From: Bdellovibrionales bacterium
GTDB taxonomy: Bacteria; Bdellovibrionota; Bdellovibrionia; Bdellovibrionales; UBA1609
NCBI GenBank assembly: GCA_028283955.1
Contig: JANQSP010000055.1
Location: forward strand, 1 to 60,207
Reading direction: 5' to 3'
DNA length: 60,207 bases
Under the pieces are notes generated by a model, which saw only the letters and a program-made list of their open reading frames with translations, did not search any database and was not told where the DNA came from. This document shows, piece after piece, positions 8,963 through 19,582 of this stretch; position 1 is the first letter of the stretch, and each line of letters starts with the position of its first letter. The translations under genes and the position numbers were made by a program.

Positions 8963-8966
8963 AAAC

Positions 8967-9773
8967 TTACTCTCCGGTTTTCTCTTCTTCCGCTTTTTCA
9001 TTGTCCACACGCTTATTCATCCTGTCTTGAATACGAAGCAGGTTGAGATATTTCTCAGCTACTCCACTAGCCTGGGAATCCGAAAAATCATTTTTTATCC
9101 TTTTATAAATTTCTTCTGCTTTTTCTTTTTTATTCTGCTGCTCATAACAAAGAGCTATTTTAACCAAAGTGTCCGGCCATAACCACTTTGCTTTTTCATT
9201 CTCCATAATAAACTGAAAACTTTCAATTGCGTCATTATAATTTCCCTGGTCCATTAAATAAGCCCCTGATTGAAAGGAAACTAAAAACCCTAGCATGTTT
9301 TTCCTCTTATTAAGCCTAACCAACTTAACCAGTTCCATGGCCTGCTCTTTTTTTCCATATTGATGTAAAAATGACACCATTTCAATTGCTGCTGTCAAAC
9401 CCGCTGATTTTGAAATCCATTTCTCAATCACACTGATATACTGATGAACCGCCTGTTCCATCTCTGAGTTGTATTCCGCTTTTTTGGTTCTTCCAAAAAA
9501 GTTTTGACTGCTATTGAAGCCCAATATGTCTCCCCCCGCTTTCTCTTCAGCCAACACCAGCTCTTTCCTCGCCTGATAGAGTAACTCTTCCGCTTTTTCA
9601 TTTTGCTGTTTTCCCAGGTAGGCATACAGAAGTGACAATCCAAAAATCAAAATACCACCAACTAATAAAGAAGTGGCAGGCCAAAAATATCTACTCACAA
9701 AACTATTGGATTTTTTAATAAATAAAGATAGCGGGTCCCGCTCCTCTTTCTCTGGAAAATTACTTTTGGCCAT
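8967..9773 (-). CDS. YfgM-like membrane-anchored TPR protein
   Basis: One N-terminal TM helix and TPR motifs (GNYNDAIESFQ, KIALCYEQQNKKEKAEEIY). yfgM-bamB synteny. Confidence 0.75.
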   Translation of the reverse strand: MAKSNFPEKEERDPLSLFIKKSNSFVSRYFWPATSLLVGGILIFGLSLLYAYLGKQQNEKAEELLYQARKELVLAEEKAGGDILGFNSSQNFFGRTKKAEYNSEMEQAVHQYISVIEKWISKSAGLTAAIEMVSFLHQYGKKEQAMELVKLVRLNKRKNMLGFLVSFQSGAYLMDQGNYNDAIESFQFIMENEKAKWLWPDTLVKIALCYEQQNKKEKAEEIYKRIKNDFSDSQASGVAEKYLNLLRIQDRMNKRVDNEKAEEEKTGE

Positions 9774-9829
9774 CTTGAATTATCCTTATTTATTCATACA
9801 AGAGTGTCGTAAAACCACTCATAAATGTT

Positions 9830-10876
9830 TTAACACTTTTCTTTTATTCTTTTATCAGCAATGTCAATAGCCACATCTGTTGCATTTTTCCCATCCTTTT
9901 CAGAAATAGAAAAAATCTCTTTCAGCACATTATATATATTGGAGATTCTATCCTGCACTTCCTCTTTGGAATACCTGCCTTTTGACTCCACAAATACACT
10001 GATCACCCCTCCGGCATTGATGACAAAGTCAGGTGCATAAAGAATACTTCTCTCCCGAATAATATCCTCTGTCTCAGAAGTATCCAATTGATTATTTGCC
10101 GCTCCGGCAATAATAGAACACTTTAACCGCTTTAGTGTTTTTGGATTAATCACAGCTCCCAGAGCACAAGGAGAAAAAACATCACACTCTTCATCGTAAA
10201 TCTTTTCATGATGAACAATTTTTACCTGCGGGTGTTTTTCCTTAAACTGCAATACTTTCTTCTCAAAAATATCACTAATACTTAACTGACAGCCTTCTTC
10301 CAAAAGGTATTTTGCCAAATACACTCCCACATGACCCATTCCCTGGATAGCCACTTTTAAATCTTTCAACGAGTTCTGTTTCAACTTGTGAGCGACAGCG
10401 GCTTTCATTCCAACAAGGGTACTCTGAGCTGTAAAGGGACTGGGATCTCCCGAACCGCCTAATTTTTCCGGTAAACCGGTAACAAAGGGAGTACTTTCCC
10501 GAATATACCTCATATCCTCCACACTGGTTCCTACATCCTCCGCTGTAATATAGGCCCCATTTAAAGAATTAATAAAACGTCCAAAAGCTTTAAAAAGCTC
10601 CGGCGTTTTATTTTTAGGGTCGTATATAATAACCGACTTTCCCCCTCCCTGCTCCAATCCTGCCGCAGCCGCTTTATAAGTCATCCCTCTGGATAACTTC
10701 AAAACATCCACCAAAGCCTCCTTTTCAGAGGCATAAGGCCACATACGACAACCTCCCAAGGCAGGGCCAAGAGTGGTACTATGAATAGCTATAATACCTT
10801 TTAAATTAACTGATGGCTCATGAAAAAATACAATTTGTTCATGGTCTCCGTATCGCTCAATATGTTCAAAAACCAA
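9830..10876 (-). CDS. ldh: Leucine dehydrogenase (Glu/Leu/Phe/Val dehydrogenase family)
   Basis: Motifs GPALGGCRM, GMTYK, GGGKSVI, TAEDVGT, QGMGHVG and IAGAANNQL. Confidence 0.93.
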   Translation of the reverse strand: MVFEHIERYGDHEQIVFFHEPSVNLKGIIAIHSTTLGPALGGCRMWPYASEKEALVDVLKLSRGMTYKAAAAGLEQGGGKSVIIYDPKNKTPELFKAFGRFINSLNGAYITAEDVGTSVEDMRYIRESTPFVTGLPEKLGGSGDPSPFTAQSTLVGMKAAVAHKLKQNSLKDLKVAIQGMGHVGVYLAKYLLEEGCQLSISDIFEKKVLQFKEKHPQVKIVHHEKIYDEECDVFSPCALGAVINPKTLKRLKCSIIAGAANNQLDTSETEDIIRERSILYAPDFVINAGGVISVFVESKGRYSKEEVQDRISNIYNVLKEIFSISEKDGKNATDVAIDIADKRIKEKC

Positions 10877-11036
10877 TTTAGTGCTCCTCTCAGTATTTTT
10901 TTATAAGTAAATTACCACCTCTTTAAACTTCAAAAATGATATTACAGATATCCTTTGTTTGCTTTAAATTCAAAAACACTCTACCAAAAAAAAAATAAAT
11001 TTCCAGCTTGTAATAACGATAATTAAAAATGTTTAC

Positions 11037-11537
11037 TTAAAAAATCTGAACATTTCTTTGAAGTTCAGACCAGTCCAGAAAAGTTTTTGAAGGTGAATAA
11101 CGAACCACCCGGGCTTGTTTTGTTGTATATCTTCTATTTTGTTGAGCCAATATATCCCCTATTGTATCAGAAGGATGAGAGTCAAAATTAGAAATAAGAG
11201 ATATCCTCTTCCATTCTTTAAAACCTTTTTTCCAGACAAAATCCCTTGACTCACATACACCTATTTCCAAAAACCGACGAATTTGCATGGTACTATATGG
11301 CCCCTTTTGTCTAAAAGACTGTCTTTCACCTTGCCTTTTCAGAAGAATCCAGTGCTTGGGTTTATCGCAAGATCCATAAAATAAACTCCACTCCGGAGTT
11401 TCGTTTAATTTCTTCCAGGCACCGCTTAATCCCTTTTGAATATTTACCGACGGCTTTAGTTTTCCATCAAAAAGCTTCTGTATTAACTCCTGACGAGTTA
11501 AAGGAAAAAGACTGGAGTCCGTATATATGTGATACAT
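11037..11537 (-). CDS. GYF_2 (DUF4339) domain protein
   Basis: QKGPYS..QI..FL..G.....DFVWKKGFKEWKRI matches the GYF_2 pattern; a degenerate copy lies at the N-terminus. Confidence 0.7.
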   Translation of the reverse strand: MYHIYTDSSLFPLTRQELIQKLFDGKLKPSVNIQKGLSGAWKKLNETPEWSLFYGSCDKPKHWILLKRQGERQSFRQKGPYSTMQIRRFLEIGVCESRDFVWKKGFKEWKRISLISNFDSHPSDTIGDILAQQNRRYTTKQARVVRYSPSKTFLDWSELQRNVQIF

Positions 11538-11767
11538 TTTTCCCCGACTTCCCTATAGCAATCAAATAATATATAGCTTGTTTTCCCCTCTGAACCTGCC
11601 TTAAGTAATAAAAACAATCAAGACGCAAAAGGTCTTGAAATATGACCAAAAACAGACATAATTACTCACAGCATTAGAGCTTTTATTCAAATTACAAACC
11701 AAGGAAAAAACAACACTGGCAAGGGCAACAGGCCAATGATATTAACACCTCAAACCCTTTTAGGAAT

Positions 11768-12925
11768 ATGAAAAACAAGCTTTATATTATTCTTATCTGT
11801 TCTCTGTTATCCATGGGTTTTCAACTCTATTTAAGCGAAAGATCGTATTCTATAGCCTCTGATAAAGTGGAAGGTTCCACTATTTGTCATATCAATGATT
11901 CCTGGGATTGTGACAACACTCTTACATCCCCTTATTCTGAGTTTATCGGTATCCCTCTTTCAAACTGGGGGTTTTCCACTCATCTGATTATAGCCCTTCT
12001 CTCCCTTCTCCTGCTTATAGGCTGGGCGGAAAATACCGCTCTTGTTTGGCTCACTCTGAGTCTCTTTGCCTCTCTTTCCGCCGGAGCCTCTTTAATCATG
12101 TTCTCTATTTCCCTATTTGCCCTGCGTCTTTTCTGCCCTTTTTGTGTTATTCTGTATGTTCTGTCTTTTGTTATAGCTGTTTGCGCTTTGCCTTCCGGTA
12201 AACACGGTATTTCACTGCCCTCCCTTAAAAAAGCAAAGCTGCTCCTCTCCGGTTCCTCTATTGGATTAATACTGACAACTATTCTTCTCCATCTGATTTT
12301 TATGAACACCCACAACATAAAATCAACTGATAAAACAGTTCAATCAAACGTAATGGACTGGAATTCAGCCCCTGTGAAACACAGTACGGAAGAAGCTCTC
12401 TTAACAACAGGCCCAGCCAAAACAGAAGCTGCAATAACTATAACAGAGTTTGCCGACTTTCTTTGTTCCTATTGCCGTAAAAGTTATTACATATTAAAAA
12501 TATTCAAAGCCTCAAATCCCAAAGTGCGGATAGAATATTTTTCTTTCCCTTTAGATCAATGTAAAAGCAAAAGAGCTTCCTGTGCTTTAACCAGAGCTGT
12601 TTACTGCGCGGAAAAACAAGAACAGGGGTGGAAAATGCAGGAGACTGTATTTGAATATCAAAAAGAGTTCATCACTATAATGGATGATAAAAAAGCTTTT
12701 CAAAAAGTAAAAGACCTGAACAATGACCTGCAAATGAATTGGGATAAATGGACTGAATGTATTAACTCCCCTTCCGCTATTGAAGCTCAAAAAAACCAAA
12801 TAAAAGCAGGAAATGATATGAATGTTATGGGAACCCCTTCTCTATTCGTAAATGGAAAAAAAATTAATCATGTTTATTTTACCAAAACCATAAAAGCCAT
12901 TCAGGATACCATTAAAAATAAATAA
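11768..12925 (+). CDS. VKOR-DsbA/thioredoxin fusion (disulfide bond formation)
   Basis: VKOR loop cysteines C.IND..DC, TM helices and CPFC, followed by a DsbA-like domain with TEFADFLCSYC and GTPSLFVNG. Confidence 0.9.
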   Translation: MKNKLYIILICSLLSMGFQLYLSERSYSIASDKVEGSTICHINDSWDCDNTLTSPYSEFIGIPLSNWGFSTHLIIALLSLLLLIGWAENTALVWLTLSLFASLSAGASLIMFSISLFALRLFCPFCVILYVLSFVIAVCALPSGKHGISLPSLKKAKLLLSGSSIGLILTTILLHLIFMNTHNIKSTDKTVQSNVMDWNSAPVKHSTEEALLTTGPAKTEAAITITEFADFLCSYCRKSYYILKIFKASNPKVRIEYFSFPLDQCKSKRASCALTRAVYCAEKQEQGWKMQETVFEYQKEFITIMDDKKAFQKVKDLNNDLQMNWDKWTECINSPSAIEAQKNQIKAGNDMNVMGTPSLFVNGKKINHVYFTKTIKAIQDTIKNK

Positions 12926-12955
12926 TATCGGAATCCCCTTCCAGAAAACAATTAT

Positions 12956-14458
12956 CTATGAAGTCAGATGAGATTGTTGCTTTTGTAAGATAGATACTCT
13001 TTTTAGTAAAACTTTACGGCTGATTAAAGGAATGACCGCTTTTAACTCTATCCCTTGTGGACGACCCAGAACAGCTGTTCTGATAGGCATAAATAACAAC
13101 TTTCCTTTTACCTCTGTTCTTTTTTGAATATCTTTACAAGCTTGAGAAAAAGCCTCAGGGGTGATTTCCTCCTGCGGATAAGAATTTAAAAAACCTTCCC
13201 AGGCGCCTAATACAGAGGAAGTCGAAGGCCATAGTAAAACCTCCCTGGCTGTATCATGCACCTCAAAAAAACTGTCCGACAAAAAACGAAATACATTAAC
13301 CGCTTCATGCAAAGAGGAAAATGTATCTTTTAAATTCAATATTGCTTTCTCCCACCATATTGGGTTTTGAGGAAATTCCAGACCTTCCTTTCTAAAAAAA
13401 GGTTTTAGCTTTTCCAAAAAGTCCTCCACTTTCATTTGCTTTAAATGTTTACCATTGATCCAATCCAGCTTTTTTTTATCAAAAACACCGGGAGAAGGAT
13501 TTAAACCCTGAAGAGAAAAAGAATCCACCAACTCGGAAAAAGAAAAAATCTCCTGTTCCGTCTTAGGGTTCCAACCCATTAAAGCCAAAAAATTAAGAAG
13601 AGCTGCAGGCAGGTACCCCTGTTTTTTGTACTCACCACAACTGACAGAACCATGTCGTTTACTCAGCTTTTTACGGTCCTCCCCCAGAATCAAAGACAAA
13701 TGCCCATAGCGTGGAAGAGGCCAGCCAAAAGCTTCAAAAATCATCATTTGCCGGAGTGTATTCGCCAGGTGTTCCTCCGAACGAAAAACATGAGAAATTT
13801 TCATGGAATAATCATCTATCGCACAAGAAAAGTTATACACCGGCAGGCCGGAAGACCTTAGCAGAATAAAATCCCCCACCATATCCACAGGAAAACACAC
13901 TTCTCCCCGTACAATATCTTTTAATACATAATTTTTTTTGACTTTAGGAACCTTAAAACGAACAACAGCCGACTCCCCTCTCTTTATTCTCTCTTTCGCT
14001 TCCTCCAAGCTCTTATTCCGGTAAGGACTCTCCACACGAAAAGGCTCCTTATTTTTAAGGGCCCTCTCTTTCATCACTTCAATTTCCTTATCAGTTAAAA
14101 AACAATAGTAAGCCTTATCGGACTGAATAAGCTCCTGAGCATATCCCTGATAAAGAGAAAGTCTCTGACTTTGACGATAAGGACCATAGGAACCCTGATC
14201 CTCCAGAGTTACCGGATGTGGCCCCTCATCCCATTTAAAACCCAGCCACTGTAAATCACCAAGCTGTGCCTTAAGATAAGTATCATTACTCCTGTCCAGG
14301 TCTGTATCCTCCACCCGCAAGACAAAAACACCCTTCTGATTCTTTGCAAAAAGATAATTAATGAGGGCTGTACGCACCCCCCCCATATGGAGCCAACCGG
14401 TAGGACTGGGGGCAAAACGCACCCGAATATTTTTACTTGGGGCCAGTTCTTCTTTCAT
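12956..14458 (-). CDS. gltX: Glutamate--tRNA ligase
   Basis: RVRFAPSPTGWLHMGG (HIGH motif), LRVEDTD and KLSKR. ATG at 14458 is preferred over the track start 14488. Confidence 0.97.
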   Translation of the reverse strand: MKEELAPSKNIRVRFAPSPTGWLHMGGVRTALINYLFAKNQKGVFVLRVEDTDLDRSNDTYLKAQLGDLQWLGFKWDEGPHPVTLEDQGSYGPYRQSQRLSLYQGYAQELIQSDKAYYCFLTDKEIEVMKERALKNKEPFRVESPYRNKSLEEAKERIKRGESAVVRFKVPKVKKNYVLKDIVRGEVCFPVDMVGDFILLRSSGLPVYNFSCAIDDYSMKISHVFRSEEHLANTLRQMMIFEAFGWPLPRYGHLSLILGEDRKKLSKRHGSVSCGEYKKQGYLPAALLNFLALMGWNPKTEQEIFSFSELVDSFSLQGLNPSPGVFDKKKLDWINGKHLKQMKVEDFLEKLKPFFRKEGLEFPQNPIWWEKAILNLKDTFSSLHEAVNVFRFLSDSFFEVHDTAREVLLWPSTSSVLGAWEGFLNSYPQEEITPEAFSQACKDIQKRTEVKGKLLFMPIRTAVLGRPQGIELKAVIPLISRKVLLKRVSILQKQQSHLTS

Positions 14459-14556
14459 ATTACTATCCCCAAAGATAATACCATCCACATAAGAATAACA
14501 GTTGTATAATAGAATGCAGTATAGACAAAATACTTTAAGAAAAACTTAATACTGTT

Positions 14557-15063
14557 TTACTGCTTCAGATTTGCCAAAGTGCCGGAAAAATCAAAAGCCT
14601 TCTGAAGCTCGGTAGTAGTCATAACCATGGATATCTCATCAAAAATCATTTTACAAACAGTCAGCATAAGCTGTCTTTCGTAAAAACTTAATCCCTTTTT
14701 TTCATCTATGTTCAATAATTCCCTGAATACTCTAGCTGTTTTAATTATATTACCTGTCTTGATAATTTTCATATACTCCTGGTATCTCTTGCTCCAGTTT
14801 TTTCCTGTTTCCACAAGCGAACGGCTTTGTTCACCGTTTCGTAAAATATCCAATACTGTTTCCGCTGTTTGACGGGTAATAACCGAGCGCAGACCCACTG
14901 CTTTCATACGATTCTCAGGTACCATGATTTTCATGTCAGAGCTGGCGAGAAGAATAGAATAAAATTTCTGTCGGGCTCCGGAAATTTCCTTTGTTTCAAT
15001 TGATGTGATTCTGCCAAGACCGTGACCCGGATAAACCGCTTTATCGCCGACTTTAAATTGCAT
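14557..15063 (-). CDS. carD: CarD family transcriptional regulator
   Basis: FKVGDKAVYPGHGLGRI and NWSKRY (conserved Trp). GGAGGAG RBS upstream. Confidence 0.92.
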   Translation of the reverse strand: MQFKVGDKAVYPGHGLGRITSIETKEISGARQKFYSILLASSDMKIMVPENRMKAVGLRSVITRQTAETVLDILRNGEQSRSLVETGKNWSKRYQEYMKIIKTGNIIKTARVFRELLNIDEKKGLSFYERQLMLTVCKMIFDEISMVMTTTELQKAFDFSGTLANLKQ

Positions 15064-15106
15064 GTAGCTCCTCCATTAAAAAAACTAATACCTAACCTGA
15101 GTAAAT

Positions 15107-15135
15107 CTTATAGCAAAAAAAAACAAAATAATCAA
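15107..15135 (-). promoter_or_regulatory. Putative sigma70 promoter of carD
   Basis: Minus strand TTGATT-17 nt-TATAAG with an extended -10 TG, ~45 nt upstream of the ATG. Confidence 0.4.
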
Positions 15136-15400
15136 GTCTTGCCGTATCCTACAAAGCTTCCCTTAAGGAGTATCAAGATAAAAAACTATTTTATTATCAG
15201 TAGTTTATAATGAATTCTTAAAAATTATTAATAAGTAAGCATCACGTGTAAAAATTATACCCTATATGATTGTCCCAAAAATCGACAACTTGAGCTTCAT
15301 ACATAGTGTAGCTGTGGGTTTATATATGAATAATGAAGCCCTTATTATTCCCTCTATATCAGTTGCTTTTTTAAATTGTACTAAAATAAAAACTTTTATA

Positions 15401-17626
15401 TTACTCTTCTCTGTGTACACTGATAACACTCTTAAGAGACTTTAACGAACGAACCAAAATCTGCAACTGTTTTAAGTCATACACTTCAACACTAAATAAA
15501 GATACCGCTTTTAAATCTTTGGTTGCACTCACTTTGAGATTAAAAATATTCACATTTTGCTCAGCAAAAACTTCTGAAAAACTTTTTAACACACCCGGAA
15601 CATCATGAGAAACCACTCTTATCTCAGTAATGTGTTTATTTTGTCGCTCTCTATAGCTTTGATTCCACTGCACATCCACATATCTCTCAGAATCCATAGA
15701 TAATAAAGACCGACAAGGCTGACGATGCACCACTATGCCCCTGCCACGGCTAATAAACCCAACAATGTTATCACCCGGAAGGGGACGACAACACCGCGCC
15801 AGATGCACCATTATATTACCAAGCCCTTCAACAACAACCGGAGAAGAACTGCCTGTTTTCCCCTTCTTCCTTTTTTTATCCTCCAGAGAAACCTCAAGAG
15901 GAGAGGGGTCTTCCGTTTTCTCCTCCTCTCCGGGAATAACGACTTCCAACCAGTCTTTAACTAAAATTTTTCCATACCCTAATGAGGTGTAAAGATCTTC
16001 CCTTGAATTAATTCCCTTATCCCTCATATACTTTATACAAGCCGGAGTTTTTATCACATCCTCTATTCTCATCCTTTTTGCCTTAAGTTCTTTCTCAACC
16101 AACTTTTGCCCTATTTCCAAAGCCTGTTTTCGGCTCTCCATTTTCAAAAAAGATTTAATTTTTGACTTGGCTTTGGAAGTAATACAACTTTTTAACCATT
16201 CTTCTGAAGGGGTTTGATTTTTTGAAGTAATGACCTCCACTGTATCTCCGTTCTTCAGCCTGTACTTAAGAGGCACCAAACGCCCATTAACCCGGGCACC
16301 GGTGATACGATGCCCAAGATCTGTATGAATACAATACGCAAAATCAATAGGAGTGGCCCCCCTCGGAAACTCTTTTACATCACCATTAGGGGTAAATATA
16401 TATATATCAGAATCAAATAGATCCATTTTTATGGATTCCAAAAACTCACCAGAGTGAGTATGTTGCTGATGCAAGCTAACCAAATCCTGAAGCCAGTTAA
16501 ACCGTTTCAAGGTTTCACGATCCACAGCAGACTGATTCTTCCATGACTCTGTTTTATACTTCCAATGAGCCGCAATTCCCCGTTCGGCCATAAGGTGCAT
16601 CTCATGAGTTCTTATCTGTATCTCCACTCTTTTATTCTTTTCCCCCAAAACAGTTGTATGCAGACTTTGATAATTATTTTGTTTAGGGATAGCTATATAA
16701 TCCTTAAACCGCCCTGGTATGGGTTTCCAAAGGGAATGAATAAGCCCTAATACTTTATAGCACTCTTCAATTCTCTGTACACAAATACGAAAAGCCAAAA
16801 TGTCATATACCTGACTATAATCCACATTTTGGCTCACCATTTTTTGGTATATAGAATACAGGTTCTTTGGCCTTCCGGCTATCTCCGCCTTTAATTTCAT
16901 TTTAACGGAAATCTCCTCTTCCAGAATATGAATCACCTCGTCGATATATTTTTCCATTTCTGTTTTTTCGCTATCCATCTTTTCAACCAAAGAACGATAA
17001 GCCTCCAAATCAGAATACCGAAAAGCCAGATCTTCCAGCTCCACTTTAATAGAATGAATACCCAGTCGGGATGCCAGTGGTGCATAAATATCCATTGTTT
17101 CCTGGGCCACCCTCAACTGTTTTTCCTGAGAAAGATGGTTGAGAGTTCTCATATTATGCAAACGATCAGCCAACTTCACTAGAATAACCCGCACATCACG
17201 AGCCATAGCCACGATCATTTTTCTCATATTTTCGCTGTCTTTTTTCTGAGTGTCCTTAAAATGAATTTGAGAGACTTTACTGACCCCATCAACCAAAAAA
17301 GCTATTGTTTCATTAAACTGATCTTTAAGAAAGTCCAAACCAACAGGGGTATCTTCCACTACGTCATGTAATAAACCTGTTACAATAGTGTAAAGATCCA
17401 ACTTCAGGTCAGCCAGAATAGAGGCAACACACAGAGGGTGAAATACAAAAGGAGAACCATCTTTACGATATTGACCTGTATGAGCTTTCTCGGCCAAATT
17501 GTAAGCCTTATGAACAATCTCCAAATCAGCAGTAGGATAATATGTTTGTATTCGGGCAATGAGATCATCAATACCCTTTGGAGTTTCATAATTATGATCC
17601 AAATCCATAGTCCGTGGCAAAGCCAT
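15401..17626 (-). CDS. rel: Bifunctional (p)ppGpp synthetase/hydrolase Rel (RelA/SpoT)
   Basis: Intact HD motif LLHDVVED, RFKDY, YQSLHTT, EIQIRT, plus TGS and ACT domains. Confidence 0.96.
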   Translation of the reverse strand: MALPRTMDLDHNYETPKGIDDLIARIQTYYPTADLEIVHKAYNLAEKAHTGQYRKDGSPFVFHPLCVASILADLKLDLYTIVTGLLHDVVEDTPVGLDFLKDQFNETIAFLVDGVSKVSQIHFKDTQKKDSENMRKMIVAMARDVRVILVKLADRLHNMRTLNHLSQEKQLRVAQETMDIYAPLASRLGIHSIKVELEDLAFRYSDLEAYRSLVEKMDSEKTEMEKYIDEVIHILEEEISVKMKLKAEIAGRPKNLYSIYQKMVSQNVDYSQVYDILAFRICVQRIEECYKVLGLIHSLWKPIPGRFKDYIAIPKQNNYQSLHTTVLGEKNKRVEIQIRTHEMHLMAERGIAAHWKYKTESWKNQSAVDRETLKRFNWLQDLVSLHQQHTHSGEFLESIKMDLFDSDIYIFTPNGDVKEFPRGATPIDFAYCIHTDLGHRITGARVNGRLVPLKYRLKNGDTVEVITSKNQTPSEEWLKSCITSKAKSKIKSFLKMESRKQALEIGQKLVEKELKAKRMRIEDVIKTPACIKYMRDKGINSREDLYTSLGYGKILVKDWLEVVIPGEEEKTEDPSPLEVSLEDKKRKKGKTGSSSPVVVEGLGNIMVHLARCCRPLPGDNIVGFISRGRGIVVHRQPCRSLLSMDSERYVDVQWNQSYRERQNKHITEIRVVSHDVPGVLKSFSEVFAEQNVNIFNLKVSATKDLKAVSLFSVEVYDLKQLQILVRSLKSLKSVISVHREE

Positions 17627-17711
17627 AACTGTATTGTAACCTATTTTTGAGAAAAAATATATTTTTATTTGTTTTGTATGATATCCGCTTTGGGTTTCAT
17701 AGATAAACGGT

Positions 17712-17975
17712 TCACTCAGAAGACAGATACTTTGGAATTTCCCTTTCCACTCTCAAGTCCTCTTCCAGTTGCTCTTCAGGAAGAGTATCTCCACAGTCAA
17801 AGTTCACTTTATCCGCAGCCACCTCTCTTAAAGCATTAACCACATTGTTGTTCTTTTCATCCACCAGACATTTATCACCTTTTAAAAACTGCTTTACCCG
17901 TTTCGTAACTAAAGACACCAAAGCAAATCGATTGGATACTTTTGTCAGACAATCTTCGACTGTAACACGAGCCAT
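17712..17975 (-). CDS. rpoZ: RNA polymerase omega subunit
   Basis: [17 protein letters not shown] and ALREV. Located between gmk and rel. Confidence 0.96.
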   Translation of the reverse strand: MARVTVEDCLTKVSNRFALVSLVTKRVKQFLKGDKCLVDEKNNNVVNALREVAADKVNFDCGDTLPEEQLEEDLRVEREIPKYLSSE

Positions 17976-17999
17976 TAGGACCTCCCTTTTTTAACAGAT

Positions 18000-18578
18000 T
18001 TAAACCCTTTCAATATATTCTGCAATAATTTTCTTTAATTTTTTCACTGTTTCTGAAAGATTTGCATTCTCCAACTGATAATCAAAACAGGAACTTTGCT
18101 CCATCTCCTTTTGCGCCTCTTTAACCCTTATTTCTATATCCTTCCCTTTGTTTTCACTCCTCTTGTGTACACGATGAATAAGCTCTTCTATAGAAGGAGG
18201 GGATATAAAAACCCTTAAAGTCTGCGGGTAAAGTTTTTTAATAATACTCGCTCCCTGCAAATCAAGGTCCTTGATAATAGCTCTACCCTTTTCCCAATGA
18301 TCATTAATCTGTTCAACAGCCGTGCCATAGTAATAGTTATAGACAAAAGCCCATTCCGCAAAAAAACCCCTCTCTTTAAGAGATACAAATTTTTCTTCAG
18401 ATATAAAATAATAATCACGCCCTTCCTGTTCCAACCCTCTTACCGGACGAGTTGTATAAGTAATAGTTGTTCCCATTTTTTCAGGACCATAGACAGATAT
18501 CATTTCCTTAACTATTGTAGATTTACCCACTCCACTGGGCCCTGACAAAATAATGAGAGGCTTTTTCTTCATTGTCAT
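18000..18578 (-). CDS. gmk: Guanylate kinase
   Basis: GPSGVGKST, TTRPVRGLEQEGRDYYF and YYGT. Confidence 0.96.
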   Translation of the reverse strand: MTMKKKPLIILSGPSGVGKSTIVKEMISVYGPEKMGTTITYTTRPVRGLEQEGRDYYFISEEKFVSLKERGFFAEWAFVYNYYYGTAVEQINDHWEKGRAIIKDLDLQGASIIKKLYPQTLRVFISPPSIEELIHRVHKRSENKGKDIEIRVKEAQKEMEQSSCFDYQLENANLSETVKKLKKIIAEYIERV

Positions 18579-18579
18579 A

Positions 18580-19461
18580 TTACTCTATATTTTGAACCTG
18601 TTCCCGCATTCTCTCAATAAAGGTTTTTATCTGAACCACTTCCTTTGTCAGCTTGAAATCCTGAGCTTTAGCCCCCGCTGTGTTCATCTCTCTTATCATC
18701 TCCTGAAGATAAAAAGACATCTTTTTTCCTATTACCCCTTTAACAGCAATAAGAGAACGAAAAGCCTTTATATGTTCTTCCATACGACTGACTTCCTCAC
18801 TGATATCCATTCGATTGATAAGTGTGCCGGCAACTTCCTGTATCGCTTTTTTCCCTTCAATATCATCATCATCTATAACCCCCACTTTGCTTTCTATTTT
18901 TTTACTCACTCCCTTGCTTTGTCTGAGAGCATGAGATTTTACTTTTTTAAGAGAAAGCATAAGTTGGTTTAAGTTCTTTTGAAAATCTTTTTGTAAAGCT
19001 TTCCCCTCACGCTCCCTTTCCTTATTACATAAATCAACCGCCCTACGCACAAGCATCTTTACCTTGTTCTTCTCCTGTAATGAGATAACAGCAGGCTGAG
19101 CAGTCACCTCCAACACCCCTGGCTGTTGAGCCAGATTGGACAAACTCATTTCATATTTCATTTTTAATGTTGTAGCCATATTTTTATAAAGAGTCTTCCA
19201 TTTCAAAGCCTGCCCCTTATTCCACTTCACTGTCGTCTTCTTTACAGGCCATAAAGGACTGCGGGTTACTGATAAACTAACAAACCCACGTATGAATTTT
19301 TTTTGCAGCTCTTTTCTTAATTCCCCTTCCAATGAGTTATAAAAAGCAGGTGTTTGCACCCGCAACTCAAAGTACTTGCCATTATAGCTCTGCACTATAA
19401 TCTCTATATAGCAGTCTTTTGATTTCCACTGGCTAATACCATACCCGGTCATACTTTTCAT
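18580..19461 (-). CDS. yicC: YicC/YloC family endoribonuclease
   Basis: MKSMTGYG, DISEEVSR, GKKMSFYLQEMIREMNT and REQVQNIE. Confidence 0.93.
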   Translation of the reverse strand: MKSMTGYGISQWKSKDCYIEIIVQSYNGKYFELRVQTPAFYNSLEGELRKELQKKFIRGFVSLSVTRSPLWPVKKTTVKWNKGQALKWKTLYKNMATTLKMKYEMSLSNLAQQPGVLEVTAQPAVISLQEKNKVKMLVRRAVDLCNKEREREGKALQKDFQKNLNQLMLSLKKVKSHALRQSKGVSKKIESKVGVIDDDDIEGKKAIQEVAGTLINRMDISEEVSRMEEHIKAFRSLIAVKGVIGKKMSFYLQEMIREMNTAGAKAQDFKLTKEVVQIKTFIERMREQVQNIE

Positions 19462-19582
19462 TACCATACCCTCATTTATGTTTTGCACACATCCAAAAAA
19501 AGATCACCTTAGTACTAAAAATGTAATTGGTTTTTATTGGAACTGCAATAGGAATAAATCCGGAAATGTAAATTTTCCTGCC

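Noticed and set aside
15140-15400. AT-rich spacer between rel and carD as oriC or ncRNA
   Set aside because: No DnaA-box cluster or recognisable RNA motif was seen, only a weak GAATAAT/ATTATTC hairpin.
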